Notes: generated by a model not told the origin, from the letters alone. 64,000 nt of DNA from Bacteroidales bacterium (GCA_041687035.1 JAWLCS010000007.1:3793-67792), one strand, 5' to 3'. Positions 49,253-59,630 are shown, counted from the stretch's first letter. Made by a program: numbers and translations.

Positions 49253-50026
49253 ATGCAAATATTAAAAGATATTGAACAACAAACCCTGAAGGGGAAAAAG
49301 CAGCTTGCCGTGCTGGTCGACCCCGACAAAAGTACACGGGGCAGTCTGAAGGAGATTGCAGAGCTGGCTTGCGGAGCAGGAGCCGATTATATATTTATTG
49401 GCGGCAGCCTGCTAACACGCGACAATCTTTTATTTTGTATTAATGAAATAAAAAGCCACTGTGGATTGCCGGTCATACTATTTCCGGGCAGCGTATTTCA
49501 GGTTGACCCCAGTGCCGATGCCCTCCTGCTCCTTTCGCTGATTTCCGGAAGAAACCCCGACATGCTCATTGGCAACCACGTGGTGGCCGCATCAATGATC
49601 CGTCATAGCCGCCTGGAGGTAATACCCACCGGGTATATGCTGGTTGAAAGCGGAAAAATTACCTCGGTGCAATATATGAGCAACACCATACCCATACCTT
49701 TCGACAAACCCGATATTGCCGTTTCCACCGCCCTGGCAGGTGAAATGCTGGGCCTGAAAATCATTTTTATGGATGCCGGCAGCGGTGCCCTGCATCCGGT
49801 ACCCATCGATATGGTTATGGGCGTAAGGGAAAGTATCAGCGTTCCGCTGATAGTGGGTGGAGGCATCAGAACTCCCGAAACAGCCTTTGAAATTTGGGAG
49901 GCCGGCGCCGACATTGTGACCATTGGAAATGTGGCCGAAACTCACCCCGAGCTGATTCTCGACATGGGGCAGGCCAAAAAGGAGCTGAATGCCGGCAACC
50001 CGCAAAAAAATATTAAATTCGTGTAA
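49253..50026 (+). CDS. geranylgeranylglyceryl / heptaprenylglyceryl phosphate synthase family protein
   Basis: TIM-barrel PcrB/GGGPS signatures are present: LVDPDK, FPGS and the phosphate-binding VGGGIRTPE. Confidence 0.82.
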   Translation: MQILKDIEQQTLKGKKQLAVLVDPDKSTRGSLKEIAELACGAGADYIFIGGSLLTRDNLLFCINEIKSHCGLPVILFPGSVFQVDPSADALLLLSLISGRNPDMLIGNHVVAASMIRHSRLEVIPTGYMLVESGKITSVQYMSNTIPIPFDKPDIAVSTALAGEMLGLKIIFMDAGSGALHPVPIDMVMGVRESISVPLIVGGGIRTPETAFEIWEAGADIVTIGNVAETHPELILDMGQAKKELNAGNPQKNIKFV

Positions 50027-50059
50027 CCATTTTTTCGAAAAAAATAAAACCATTTGTAT

Positions 50060-51451
50060 ATGAGCTATGATCTGATTGTGCTGGGCAGCGGGCCCGGAGG
50101 ATATGTTGCGGCCATAAGGGCTTCGCAACTGGGAATGAAAGTTGGCGTGGTAGAAAAATCAGAACTGGGTGGCGTTTGCCTAAATTGGGGCTGCATTCCC
50201 ACCAAAGCCCTGCTGAAAAGCGCCCAGGTTTTCGACTACCTCAACCACGCAGCTGAATATGGTGTTTCTTTCGAAGGCAGCACTAAGGCCGACCTTCCCG
50301 CCATGGTAAAAAGAAGCCGCGAAGTAGCCGCTGGCATGAGTAAAGGCATTCAGTTCCTCTTCAAGAAAAATAAAATTGATGTTCTGGAAGGTTCTGGCAA
50401 GGTACTTCCCGGAAAAAAGGTTGAAGTGAAGGCTGAAGACGGCAAAACCACTGAGTACGAAGCTAAAAATATTATCATTGCCACAGGTGCCCGAAGCAGG
50501 CAGCTCGACAATCTGCCTATCGACGGCAAAAAAATCATCGGATACCGCCAGGCTATGGTACTCGACAAGCAACCCGAGTCGATGGTAGTAGTTGGCTCAG
50601 GCGCCATAGGCACGGAGTTCGCTTATTTTTACCACACCATTGGCACGCAGGTTACCCTGGTCGAATACATGCCTAACATTGTGCCTCTCGAAGACGAGGA
50701 GGTTTCGAAGCAATTGGAGCGTTCTTTCAAAAAATCAAAAATGAAGGTGATGACCTCCAGCGAGGTAAAATCGGTTGACACTAAGGGCGACAAATGCAAG
50801 GTGGTAGTGAAAACCAAAAAAGGTGAAGAAACCATTGAAGCCGACATTGTACTTTCGGCCGTGGGTATTGCCGCTAACATTGAAGGCATTGGCCTGGAAG
50901 AAACTGGCATTAAGACCGAAAAGGGCAAGATCGTGGTTGATGAGTTTTATCGCACCAGCGTAGAAGGCTATTATGCTATAGGCGATGTGGTTCCCGGGCA
51001 AGCCCTGGCACACGTGGCTTCTGCCGAAGGAATCATTTGCGTAGAAAAAATTGCCGGTCACAACCCCGAGCCCATGGACTACAACAATATTCCAGGCTGT
51101 ACTTACAGCGTGCCAGAAGTGGCCTCAGTTGGCTATACCGAAGCCGCCGCAAAAGAGGCTGGCTACGAACTGAAAGTGGGTAAATTCCCCTTCTCTGCTT
51201 CGGGCAAAGCCAGTGCGGCAGGTACCAAGGACGGTTTCGTGAAGGTAATTTTCGACGCGAAATACGGCGAGCTGCTGGGCGTGCACATGATCGGGGCAAA
51301 TGTTACGGAAATGATTGCTGAAGCGGTAGTTGCCCGTAAGCTCGAAACAACCGCCCACGAAATCATTAAGGCCGTTCACCCCCACCCAACAATGTCGGAA
51401 GCCATTATGGAAGCAGCAGCAGCCGCTTATGATGAGGTGATTCACTTGTAA
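50060..51451 (+). CDS. lpdA: dihydrolipoyl dehydrogenase
   Basis: DLIVLGSGPGGY, the redox disulfide GGVCLNWGCIPTK, and C-terminal HPHPTMSE. Confidence 0.93.
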   Translation: MSYDLIVLGSGPGGYVAAIRASQLGMKVGVVEKSELGGVCLNWGCIPTKALLKSAQVFDYLNHAAEYGVSFEGSTKADLPAMVKRSREVAAGMSKGIQFLFKKNKIDVLEGSGKVLPGKKVEVKAEDGKTTEYEAKNIIIATGARSRQLDNLPIDGKKIIGYRQAMVLDKQPESMVVVGSGAIGTEFAYFYHTIGTQVTLVEYMPNIVPLEDEEVSKQLERSFKKSKMKVMTSSEVKSVDTKGDKCKVVVKTKKGEETIEADIVLSAVGIAANIEGIGLEETGIKTEKGKIVVDEFYRTSVEGYYAIGDVVPGQALAHVASAEGIICVEKIAGHNPEPMDYNNIPGCTYSVPEVASVGYTEAAAKEAGYELKVGKFPFSASGKASAAGTKDGFVKVIFDAKYGELLGVHMIGANVTEMIAEAVVARKLETTAHEIIKAVHPHPTMSEAIMEAAAAAYDEVIHL

Positions 51452-51502
51452 TGATCTGCATTTAAATCGCATAATAAAAAACTATAAACCGAAAAAGGAG
51501 AG

Positions 51503-51540
51503 GCACTGTCAGGAATTTGCACGACAGTGCTTTTCTTTTT
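51503..51540 (+). terminator. rho-independent terminator of lpd
   Basis: gcactgtc / gacagtgc 8-bp stem followed by ttttcttttt. Confidence 0.7.
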
Positions 51541-51559
51541 AAAAACAAACCAAAACAAC

Positions 51560-53449
51560 ATGTGCGGCATTGCTGGCTTTTATTGTTTCAACGACTTTGC
51601 CAGGACCCAGCCCAATGGCCTCAACGATGCCTTACTTTCGTTGCACTGGCGCGGGCCCGACACCCGCGGAACCTACGCCGGGGGCAATGCTTGCCTGGGC
51701 CATACCCGCCTGTCGATCATCGACACCTCAGCAGCCGCTACACAGCCATTTTCTGATGACAGCCAAAGATATACCCTTGTATATAACGGCGAAATCTACA
51801 ACTTCCGACAGCTAAAAAAACAATTAAACAGCAGGCAGATTAACTTCCGCTCAGAAAGCGATACCGAGGTACTGCTTCACTGGCTCATCGACCAAGGACC
51901 AGAAGGCATCAACGATTTACAGGGTTTCTTTGCTTTTGCCTTATACGATAAAAAGGAAGACACCCTTTTGCTGGCGCGCGACCGGCTTGGCATTAAGCCC
52001 CTTTTCTACCACCGCAACAGCGACAAATTGCTGTTTGCCTCGGAAATGAAGGGCATGATGGCCATGCACATCCCAAAAGTGATCGACCACACTTCGCTTT
52101 CAGCCTACCTGCATCTGAATTACATTCCAGGCCCTTGGACCATTTTTGAAGGGGTTAATAAGCTGTTGCCAGGACATTACCTGCTGGTTTCACGAAAGGG
52201 CATTGAAACCGTGCAGTATTATAGCATTAAGGATGGGCAAGCGACAGTTTCCCCTCCAGCAGATTACGAAGCAGCCAGGCAAATGTTGCGCACCAAGCTA
52301 GCCGACTCAGTCAGGAAGCGCCTGGTAGCTGATGTACCACTGGGCGCTTTTCTCAGCGGAGGTATCGACAGCAGTATCATTACTGCCCTGGCTGCAAAGG
52401 AAGTTAAGGGGCTAAACACCTTTTCCATCGGTTTCAGGGATGAGCCCTTGTTTGACGAAACCCATTATGCCCGGGCGGTGGCAAAAATGCACCAAACCAA
52501 CCACACCGAATTTAAACTCAGTACCGACGACCTGTTGGGCTGCGTTTTCGATGTGATTGACTATATCGACGAGCCCTTTGCCGACTCTTCGGCACTGGCC
52601 GTGTATATCCTTAGCAAGGAAACCCGCAAAAAGGTGACGGTGGCCCTTTCGGGCGATGGGGCCGATGAGCTATTTGCCGGCTACAACAAGCACTTGGCCG
52701 AATGGAAGGTGCGTCATCCGGACCTGGTCGCAAAGACCTTAATGCAAATACAACCGCTCATGGCCCGGCTGCCGCAGTCGCGCAATAATTTCGTGCTCAA
52801 CAAGATCAGGCAGTTTAACCGCTTCGGAAGCGGAATGCGGCAGTCCGCCGCTGAAAGGTACTGGCAATGGGCCGGATTTACAACGCATGAACAGGTTAAT
52901 AAACTGCTGCTGAAGCAAACAGAAGATGCACAGCTGAACAAAAGGAAAAGTAGCTGGCTGAAAGAGATTTCTGAAAACGGCCCTGTTGGAGAAGTGCTGC
53001 TCACCGATATGCAACTTGTTTTGCCATACGACATGCTTATAAAGGTAGACCTGATGTCGATGGCCAATTCGCTGGAGGTTAGGGTGCCTTTTCTGGATCA
53101 CGACCTGGTGAATTTTGTTTTTTCACTGCCCGATGCCTATAAAATTGACGGCCGGCAGCGAAAAAAAATCCTTCGCGATGCTTTCCGCGAGGACCTGCCC
53201 GCCGAACTTTACAACCGCAACAAGCAAGGTTTTGAAGTTCCGTTGCTGCGCTGGTTTCGCCTGGAGTTAAAAAGTTTAATTGTAGATGACCTGCTGAGTG
53301 AGGACTTTGTAAGGCATCAGCGCATTTTTAACTACGAGGAAATCAGCAGGTTGCTCAGACAGCTTTTCTCGCGCAACCCGGGCGATGCTCCTGCACGCAT
53401 TTGGGCACTCATCGTTTTTCAGTATTGGTGGAAAAAGAATATGTTTTAG
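51560..53449 (+). CDS. asnB: asparagine synthase (glutamine-hydrolysing) family amidotransferase
   Basis: N-terminal nucleophile MCGIAGF, and the PP-loop FLSGGIDSS. The start is set at ATG 51560. Confidence 0.88.
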   Translation: MCGIAGFYCFNDFARTQPNGLNDALLSLHWRGPDTRGTYAGGNACLGHTRLSIIDTSAAATQPFSDDSQRYTLVYNGEIYNFRQLKKQLNSRQINFRSESDTEVLLHWLIDQGPEGINDLQGFFAFALYDKKEDTLLLARDRLGIKPLFYHRNSDKLLFASEMKGMMAMHIPKVIDHTSLSAYLHLNYIPGPWTIFEGVNKLLPGHYLLVSRKGIETVQYYSIKDGQATVSPPADYEAARQMLRTKLADSVRKRLVADVPLGAFLSGGIDSSIITALAAKEVKGLNTFSIGFRDEPLFDETHYARAVAKMHQTNHTEFKLSTDDLLGCVFDVIDYIDEPFADSSALAVYILSKETRKKVTVALSGDGADELFAGYNKHLAEWKVRHPDLVAKTLMQIQPLMARLPQSRNNFVLNKIRQFNRFGSGMRQSAAERYWQWAGFTTHEQVNKLLLKQTEDAQLNKRKSSWLKEISENGPVGEVLLTDMQLVLPYDMLIKVDLMSMANSLEVRVPFLDHDLVNFVFSLPDAYKIDGRQRKKILRDAFREDLPAELYNRNKQGFEVPLLRWFRLELKSLIVDDLLSEDFVRHQRIFNYEEISRLLRQLFSRNPGDAPARIWALIVFQYWWKKNMF

Positions 53450-53483
53450 GTTAGTTAATTTTCGCGTTCAATCAGAAAAATAT

Positions 53484-53491
53484 TATTTTTG
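53484..53491 (+). promoter_or_regulatory. Bacteroidota-type -7 box (TATTTTTG)
   Basis: Exact TAnnTTTG match 20 nt upstream of the ATG at 53511. Confidence 0.4.
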
Positions 53492-53510
53492 GGCAACCTT
53501 TACCTCCACA

Positions 53511-54710
53511 ATGATCAGGGTTCTCCGGATACTAAATCGCTTTAACTTGGGTGGCCCCACTTATAATGCCGCCTACCTCACCCGCTATCTTCCGCCGGAG
53601 TTTGAAACTATGCTCCTGGGCGGAAAAAATGATCCCTCGGAAAAGAACTCGGAGTTTATCCCCAACCAGCTGGGCATTAAACCAGTTATACTGGAAGAAA
53701 TGCGTCGGAAAATATCATTGAAAAACGATTTGGTGGCCTACCGGCAAATCCGTCAGATTATGGAGGAGTTCAACCCCCACATTGTGCATACCCACGCCTC
53801 CAAGGCCGGTGCACTGGGTCGCCTGGCTGCCTCTTCGCTAAAGGTGCCGGTGGTTTTACATACCTTTCACGGACACGTTTTCGATGCCTACTTCAGCCAC
53901 CTGAAAGCCAGTTTTTATAAAAATGTGGAGCGACGGCTTGCACGCCTCAGCACAGGCATAATTGCCATAAGCGAAGCCCAGAAATACGATCTGAGTCACA
54001 AATACAAAATTTGCCCTGAAGAAAAAATAAGGGTGATACCCCTCGGATTTGACCTGAGCCGCTTTCGCGAAAGCCAGCCTGAAAAGCGCAAAATTTTTCG
54101 CGAAAAGTATTTGATAGCCGACGATGAGATAGCCATTGGCATTGTGGGACGGCTGGTGCCCATCAAAAACCATGATTTATTTCTCGAAGCTCTGAAAATC
54201 CTCCAGGAAAAAAGCGGAAGCAAAATTCGCGCTTTTATTGTGGGCGACGGCGAATCGAGGCATCATATCGAACAAAAAGCCCGCTATCTCGGCCTCGAAT
54301 TTACTGATTGGAATACCAAGCCGCAAAAAGCCTTCCTGACCTTTACGGGCTGGATAACAGAAATGGACCTGGTAAATGCCGGCATGGATATAATCGCCCT
54401 GAGTTCACTCAACGAAGGTACGCCTGTAAGCCTCATTGAAGCCCAGGCCGCTGGCAAGCCCATCGTTACGACCAATGTGGGTGGCATTGGCAATGTGGTG
54501 GTGCCTGACAAAACCGCATTCCTAACTGCCAGCAACGATGCTGCAGGTTTTGCCGACAAGCTGCTTTTACTGATTGAAAATCGGGAACTGAGAAATCAAA
54601 TGGGTAATGGCGGATGGGAAATGGTGGGGCAAAAATTTCATTACCAAAGGCTGGTCGATGATATGGCCACCTATTATTACGAATTGCTCGATAAAAAAGG
54701 CCTGAGATAA
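53511..54710 (+). CDS. family 4 (GT-B, GT1-type) glycosyltransferase
   Basis: MIRVLRILNRFNLGGP start and a C-terminal EGTPVSLIEAQAAGKPIV (the EX7E region). The long N-terminal ORF extension is rejected. Confidence 0.8.
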   Translation: MIRVLRILNRFNLGGPTYNAAYLTRYLPPEFETMLLGGKNDPSEKNSEFIPNQLGIKPVILEEMRRKISLKNDLVAYRQIRQIMEEFNPHIVHTHASKAGALGRLAASSLKVPVVLHTFHGHVFDAYFSHLKASFYKNVERRLARLSTGIIAISEAQKYDLSHKYKICPEEKIRVIPLGFDLSRFRESQPEKRKIFREKYLIADDEIAIGIVGRLVPIKNHDLFLEALKILQEKSGSKIRAFIVGDGESRHHIEQKARYLGLEFTDWNTKPQKAFLTFTGWITEMDLVNAGMDIIALSSLNEGTPVSLIEAQAAGKPIVTTNVGGIGNVVVPDKTAFLTASNDAAGFADKLLLLIENRELRNQMGNGGWEMVGQKFHYQRLVDDMATYYYELLDKKGLR

Positions 54711-54763
54711 TATTTGAAAAGATCGCCGGTTATTATTTTATCTAAACTGATGCCGCTTTTTTA

Positions 54764-54771
54764 TAAATTTG
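54764..54771 (+). promoter_or_regulatory. Bacteroidota-type -7 box (TAAATTTG)
   Basis: Exact TAnnTTTG match 23 nt upstream of the ATG at 54794. Confidence 0.45.
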
Positions 54772-54793
54772 TCCTTCAAACCGATCTACCCTG

Positions 54794-55543
54794 ATGAGGA
54801 AATATGTTCTGCTGTTTTTTCTGGTCATTGTTTTTTCTTCTTGCGCTGTACTCAATCCCGAACAGATGCTGCGCACTCCGCGGGACTTTCAGTACTCTGA
54901 CCTTGAGGAACTAATGGTAACCGATCAATACCGCCTGGCACCCAACGACGAAATTGCTTTTCAGCTTTTTACTAATGATGGTGAACGGCTGATTGACCCC
55001 ATTACCATGCTTAGCGGACAAGGTATACGGCAGGGCCAGCTTACCTACCGGGTTGAATTCGACGGCACCATTAAGTTGCCGGTGCTTGGACGCACACAAG
55101 TAGCTGGCCTCACTACCCGCGATGCTGAAGCCATGCTGGAGGAAGCTTTTACAGAATTTTATAACCGGCCTTTTGTGCAGCTCAGGGTGGTAAACAACCG
55201 CGTGATCCTTTTTCCGGGTGGCAGAGGCGGCACTTCAAGCGTTATTTATCTTGAAAATACCAACACCACTTTGTTTGAAGCCCTGGCAAAATCGGGAGGT
55301 ATTGCCGATGGAAAAGCCTCAAGGGTAAAATTGATAAGGGGTGAACCCGACAACCCACAGATTTACCTTGTGGACCTGTCGACTATCGAGGGGGTGAAAA
55401 ACGCCAACCTGGTGCTGCAGGCAAATGATATAATCTATGTTGAACCGAGGGAAAGAGTGCCACAGCGCATACTCGAAAATGTTACGCCCTATCTTTCGCT
55501 AATTACTACTGCTTTATTGGTTTATTCCTTGTTTACGAGATAA
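54794..55543 (+). CDS. polysaccharide export outer-membrane protein (Wza/BexD family)
   Basis: Lipoprotein signal (FSSC), a Poly_export-like YRLAPNDEIAFQLF and an SLBB-like segment. Confidence 0.8.
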   Translation: MRKYVLLFFLVIVFSSCAVLNPEQMLRTPRDFQYSDLEELMVTDQYRLAPNDEIAFQLFTNDGERLIDPITMLSGQGIRQGQLTYRVEFDGTIKLPVLGRTQVAGLTTRDAEAMLEEAFTEFYNRPFVQLRVVNNRVILFPGGRGGTSSVIYLENTNTTLFEALAKSGGIADGKASRVKLIRGEPDNPQIYLVDLSTIEGVKNANLVLQANDIIYVEPRERVPQRILENVTPYLSLITTALLVYSLFTR

Positions 55544-55546
55544 AAA

Positions 55547-57985
55547 ATGGCCGGAGAACCCACCAAGAAAATTTCCGTACTGAATGATGAGCTTGATGTA
55601 AAACTATTTATTTACATTGCAAAGCGCAACATTCTCTTTCCCATTGCCTTTATTGCCATTGCCCTTGCCGGTTCGTGGCTGTATTTGCGCTACACCCCTC
55701 CGGTATACCAGACCTCGGCCATTTTGCAGCTGGGTGGTGAAAACCAAGCCAACCGATTTTTGTCGACTGTAAACATTTACGAAGACGACATGGCCAAGCA
55801 AATAGAGCTGGTCCGCTCCTCAGTGTTTCAGCAAAGGGCCCTGTCGAGCCTGCCACTTAACATCAGCTACTTTACCAAAGGCAGGGTGCTCAACAACGAA
55901 CTATACAAAAACGCCCCTTTCAGGGTGGAAGCCAGGGCAAAAAACAGCGCATTGTACGGAGTTCCCATCAACATTGACTTCATCGGCAGAAGCAATGTAA
56001 TGATTTCCTACACTATCAACGGGAACGGTCAACAGCGAAGGGAGTTTCCTTCTGGCCGCATGACCTCGTTGCCCGATCTCGACATAATGGTTGAAGTGAT
56101 AAACCCACGCATTTACGAAGAGCAGCAAAGCGTGTTTACCCGCAACCCTTACTTTTTTGTTATCAACAATCCCGAAACGGCCATTAGCCAATATTCGCCC
56201 AACATTAAAATCAATGTGCTGAATGCCGCGGCCCGCACCATTCTCATAAGCAACACCGGCACCAATGCCCAGAAAGCCTCCGACATGGTAAATGCCATGG
56301 CCGAAGAGTTTAACGTTTTTGACCTGGAGAAAAAAGCCGAAAGCGCCAACAACATCCTTGAGTTTATCGACCGCCAGCTCGATGTGGTTTTCGACCAACT
56401 GGCCGAATCGGAGTTGGAGCTTGACAGCTTCAAGAAAGAACACAATATTGACGAAGCGACCATAACGCCACTGCCGGCCCTCCATGCCCGAATTGGCGAT
56501 TATGCCAACCAGATTGTGATGCTCGAACTGGAAGATCGTATTTTTTCCGAAATTGAAGGAAGCCTTCAGGATGAGGAAGATATTGACATCTACAAGCTTA
56601 TCGCTTTCCTTTCGGGAAGCGAATTCAGGGGCACCATCTCAAGCCTGCTTACGGCCTTGCAGGAGCAGCTCATGGAGCGCGAAAGGCTGCTTTATGAAGT
56701 TACGCCAAACAGCCGCCAGATCGAAGCCCTCGACTACCAGATATCCATACAGAAACGTATGCTGGTAGAAAGCATCACCGCACTAAAAAACAATATTCGC
56801 TCGCGCATTGCCGATCTGGAAGAGAAAATTGTTGATTACGAATCGGCCCTGGCCAGCCGCTCTACCCGCTTCAACATGATTGAGTTCAGCCGCTTGCAAC
56901 GTGTATACAGCATTAATGAGCGCTTCTACAATCAGTTGGTGGAAAAAAAGGCCGAGTATTCCATTTCAAGGGCCGGATTTGTGTCGCAGAGCATCATCCT
57001 CGAGCGATCGAGACCGCCCAGCCAGCCCATTTCTCCCATTGCCCGCAACGTTTACCTGAGTAGCCTGTTGGCTGCCATTTTTCTGGGTGCCGGTATTATT
57101 TTGCTCCAATATCTTTTCTACAACGAGATTCCTTCACTGCACGATATCCTGAAGTACACCAACTCACCCGTGCTGGGTGTAATACCCAAATACAAAAGCG
57201 AAATACCGCAAAACCAGTTGCTGGTGCTCAAGAAGCCTAAGTCGCTGATTGCCGAATCGCTGCGCGCGATTCGAACCAATTTGCAGTTTATAAACAACGA
57301 GCCAGGCAGCAAGCTGGTGGCCGTCACCTCAACCATTTCAGGCGAGGGAAAAACTTTTTTTGCCATGAACCTGGCGGGCATCCTGGCATTCAGTGACAAA
57401 AAGGTCATCGTGATTGACCTCGACATGCGGAAACCCAAAATACACCTCGGCTTCAACACCGAAAACGTAAAAGGTGTCAGCACTATCCTCTCTGGTATTG
57501 ACCAGATTGATGATTGCATTAAGCCCTCAAGGGTTAAAAATCTTGACTTTATTACCGCCGGGCCGGTGCCGCCCAACCCTTCGGAATTGATCCTTACTTC
57601 GCGCATGGACGAGCTGGTGCATTATTTGAAGGAGCGTTACGACTATGTAATTATCGACAACCCGCCTGTGGGAATTGTTACCGATGGTATGAAAAGTGTG
57701 CTCATGGCCGAATATCCCATTTACATTTTCAAAGCAAACTATTCGAAGCGAATTTTTATCCAGAACGTGAATCGTCTGGTTTCCGAAAGCAATATTTCAA
57801 AATTGTCTATCGTACTTAATGCGGTCGACCGCGAATACTCGAGCTATGGCTACGACAAGGGATATGCCTACGGGTACTATGGCGGCTATGGTTATGGCTA
57901 TTACGAAGAATCAATGACTACGTCGGCAAAAGGCTTTTCCATTCTCAGGCCTATTAAAAGACGATTAAAAAAATGGTTTAAATAA
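55547..57985 (+). CDS. polysaccharide co-polymerase / tyrosine autokinase (Wzc-like)
   Basis: A Wzz-type N-terminal domain with two TM helices, Walker A TSTISGEGKT, and a Tyr-rich tail YGYDKGYAYGYYGGYGYGYY. Confidence 0.88.
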   Translation: MAGEPTKKISVLNDELDVKLFIYIAKRNILFPIAFIAIALAGSWLYLRYTPPVYQTSAILQLGGENQANRFLSTVNIYEDDMAKQIELVRSSVFQQRALSSLPLNISYFTKGRVLNNELYKNAPFRVEARAKNSALYGVPINIDFIGRSNVMISYTINGNGQQRREFPSGRMTSLPDLDIMVEVINPRIYEEQQSVFTRNPYFFVINNPETAISQYSPNIKINVLNAAARTILISNTGTNAQKASDMVNAMAEEFNVFDLEKKAESANNILEFIDRQLDVVFDQLAESELELDSFKKEHNIDEATITPLPALHARIGDYANQIVMLELEDRIFSEIEGSLQDEEDIDIYKLIAFLSGSEFRGTISSLLTALQEQLMERERLLYEVTPNSRQIEALDYQISIQKRMLVESITALKNNIRSRIADLEEKIVDYESALASRSTRFNMIEFSRLQRVYSINERFYNQLVEKKAEYSISRAGFVSQSIILERSRPPSQPISPIARNVYLSSLLAAIFLGAGIILLQYLFYNEIPSLHDILKYTNSPVLGVIPKYKSEIPQNQLLVLKKPKSLIAESLRAIRTNLQFINNEPGSKLVAVTSTISGEGKTFFAMNLAGILAFSDKKVIVIDLDMRKPKIHLGFNTENVKGVSTILSGIDQIDDCIKPSRVKNLDFITAGPVPPNPSELILTSRMDELVHYLKERYDYVIIDNPPVGIVTDGMKSVLMAEYPIYIFKANYSKRIFIQNVNRLVSESNISKLSIVLNAVDREYSSYGYDKGYAYGYYGGYGYGYYEESMTTSAKGFSILRPIKRRLKKWFK

Positions 57986-58527
57986 TGCAGGTTGAAACAA
58001 CCCCTTTTGAAGGATTGCTGATCATAATACCGCGTATTTTTGGCGATGAGCGGGGCTACTTTTTCGAATCGTGGAACGAGGAAACCTTTCGCAATGCGGG
58101 TATAGATTTGCCTTTCATGCAGGATAACCAGTCGGCGTCTGTTAAGAATGTTGTACGCGGACTTCACTTTCAAACCCCACCTTATGAGCAAGGAAAGCTG
58201 GTGAGGGTTATCAGCGGGGCCGTTTTGGATGTGGCGGTGGATCTGCGCCGCGGGCAACCCACCTTCGGGCAACACTTTAAGCTGGTGCTCGACGACCGGG
58301 ATAAGTTAATGCTTTTCATCCCGCCTGGATTCGCCCACGGATTCAAAACCCTGGAAGACAATACCGTTTTCTTCTACAAATGCACCCAGGTATTCCATCG
58401 CGAGCACGACAGCGCCATCCGCTGGAACGACCCCGAGCTGAACATCGACTGGGAGGTTTCTGATCCAATCCTTTCTGAAAAAGACCAGAAGGCGCCATTT
58501 TTCAGGGACTTTGTGAGCCCATTTTGA
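57985..58527 (+). CDS. rfbC: dTDP-4-dehydrorhamnose 3,5-epimerase
   Basis: FGDERGYFFESWN, RGLHFQ and PPGFAHGF. There is a TAATG overlap with the wzc-like stop. Confidence 0.9.
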   Translation: MQVETTPFEGLLIIIPRIFGDERGYFFESWNEETFRNAGIDLPFMQDNQSASVKNVVRGLHFQTPPYEQGKLVRVISGAVLDVAVDLRRGQPTFGQHFKLVLDDRDKLMLFIPPGFAHGFKTLEDNTVFFYKCTQVFHREHDSAIRWNDPELNIDWEVSDPILSEKDQKAPFFRDFVSPF

Positions 58528-58550
58528 TAAAAAACTTCGGTTTAAAAACA

Positions 58551-59630
58551 ATGAACGAATACCTGATACTGATACATGCAGGCTTTTTTATTGCAGCACT
58601 GATCTTCTCAGTTACTATTAACGGATTGTTGCTGAAATTTTCTAAAACACTGGGCATACGCAACAACCAGGAAACTATCATTCGCTGGAGCTCCACCTCT
58701 AAACCTGCCCTGGGAGGCATCTCCTTTTACATCATTTTTCTGTTTTCACTCATTGGCCTGTCTTTTTTAAAAACAGAACCTACCGGCTTCTTTAACCTGC
58801 AAACCATGGGCTTGCTGGCAGCCTCATCACTGGGTTTTCTTGTCGGGCTATACGACGATGCATACAATACGCATCCATGGCTTAAGTTTGCCGGGCAAGT
58901 AATGTGTGCCTTGTTGCTCATCTTTTCCGGCACTTACATCCAGTTTTTTGGACATGAATGGCTCAACTACCTGCTCACCATTTTTTGGGTGGTTGGCATC
59001 ATGAACTCCATCAATATGCTCGACAATATGGATGGAATCACTTCCATTGTTTCGGCAGCCATATTGCTGGCCATCCTCGGAATCATCTTCCTTACAGGAG
59101 ATTTTTCCAACCCGGTCATTACCATCCTTATTGGCGGTCTGGCTTCGCTGATTGGCTTTCTTTACTACAACTGGAACCCATCAAAAATGTATATGGGCGA
59201 TACGGGAAGCCAGTTTTTGGGAATTTTCCTGGCCGGGCTGGGAATTATTTATTTCTGGAACGGAACGGGCTTTGAAGCGGAGCCAAACAGGCTGGTAAAG
59301 GTTATAACTGTTGCCATGGCTTTCTCACTACCCCTTATCGACACCACCACCGTTTTTTACAAGCGCATCTCGAGGGGAGGAAGCCCTTTTGTAGGCGGTA
59401 AAGACCACACTACACATCATCTTACTTACCTTGGTCTGACCGATCGAAAAGTAGCCATCTTCTTTCTGGTCTTCAGTCTGATAGCGTCAGGTTTCACCAT
59501 TTGGATCAGCAGCCTCAGCCGCAACTGGAAGCCATTATATTCCTATCTCTTTATTGCCTACCTGAGTGCTTTGTTCCTGTTTCTTTTTGTGGTTGCCCTG
59601 AAGCCTGCCCCTGACGATCCTAAAAATTGA
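58551..59630 (+). CDS. MraY/WecA family polyprenyl-phosphate N-acetylhexosamine-1-phosphate transferase
   Basis: Polytopic protein with GLYDD, NMLDNMDG and MGDTGSQFLG motifs. Confidence 0.82.
   Translation: MNEYLILIHAGFFIAALIFSVTINGLLLKFSKTLGIRNNQETIIRWSSTSKPALGGISFYIIFLFSLIGLSFLKTEPTGFFNLQTMGLLAASSLGFLVGLYDDAYNTHPWLKFAGQVMCALLLIFSGTYIQFFGHEWLNYLLTIFWVVGIMNSINMLDNMDGITSIVSAAILLAILGIIFLTGDFSNPVITILIGGLASLIGFLYYNWNPSKMYMGDTGSQFLGIFLAGLGIIYFWNGTGFEAEPNRLVKVITVAMAFSLPLIDTTTVFYKRISRGGSPFVGGKDHTTHHLTYLGLTDRKVAIFFLVFSLIASGFTIWISSLSRNWKPLYSYLFIAYLSALFLFLFVVALKPAPDDPKN

Noticed and set aside
53385-53510. N-terminal extensions of several six-frame ORFs: 53385, 7913, 44500, 63333, 63956, 51527, 48525, 29051 and 28441.
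   Set aside because: The extensions either overlap the preceding gene, run through a terminator hairpin, or contain the -7 promoter box. Internal ATGs give canonical N-termini such as [17 protein letters not shown] and MIRVLRILN.
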